Below are positions 63,798 to 64,000 of a stretch of 64,000 nt of DNA, piece by piece; position 1 is the first letter of the stretch; every line of letters starts with the position of its first letter. The notes beneath the pieces are model-generated. The model was not told the DNA's origin, did not search any database, and saw only the letters and a list, made by a program, of their open reading frames with translations. The DNA comes from Paraphysomonas bandaiensis (lineage: Eukaryota > Protista > Chrysophyceae). The position numbers and the translations under genes are program-made. Location of the stretch: positions 1 to 64,000 of the forward strand of contig CBFFRP010000267.1 of the NCBI GenBank assembly GCA_965644295.1, in the 5' to 3' direction.

Positions 63798-64000
63798 TAT
63801 TAGAGACGTTGGTTTTGGAGCCCCTTGATGAAGCTCTCGTTCTTGTTGTTGATATATTATGTATACACTTATGGAACAGTTCTTCAGGCTTCGATTTGTG
63901 GATGTTGAGTAATATATAATCTGTTCACGATCAGTTTTTAGTTATAGCTATTATGATAAAATTTGGCATATGTCAAGTACTTATAGAATATTTGAGCTCA

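Noticed and set aside
1-64000. CRISPR arrays, tRNA and rRNA genes
   Set aside because: No repeat-spacer periodicity, cloverleaf or rRNA signature was recognised

Overview
Gene-dense nuclear DNA from a eukaryotic protist (probably a stramenopile; inferred from gene content and the many short ~45-60 nt GT-AG introns). There are about 19 protein genes, mostly in head-to-head pairs: phage-type (mitochondrial) RNA polymerase, OTU1/YOD1, an RCC1-repeat protein, neurochondrin-like, RPS27, a giant HUWE1/UPL1-type HECT ligase, KICS2-like, two sulfotransferase-fold proteins, an APC/CAT amino-acid permease, a CAMK-group kinase, CEP57-like, TOM1-like VHS-GAT, an HxxxD acyltransferase and a TBC-rhodanese protein. 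The most unusual structure is an ~8 kb palindrome (8877-16910). It holds two tail-to-tail copies of an uncharacterised intronless gene that are almost identical over ~3 kb, except for one in-frame internal segment that differs between them; each copy has its own promoter and the ~1.76 kb spacer carries decayed gene fragments. Also present: a hairpin-dense, AT-rich left end that may be the terminus of an endogenous viral (Polinton-like) element, a ~400 bp foldback element, two decayed hAT elements, two copies of a probable non-LTR retroelement 3' end (one with a 12-bp TSD), and (CATA)n arrays that sit almost only at gene 5' ends. No rRNA, tRNA or CRISPR array was recognised. All family calls are from motif recall, not database searches.
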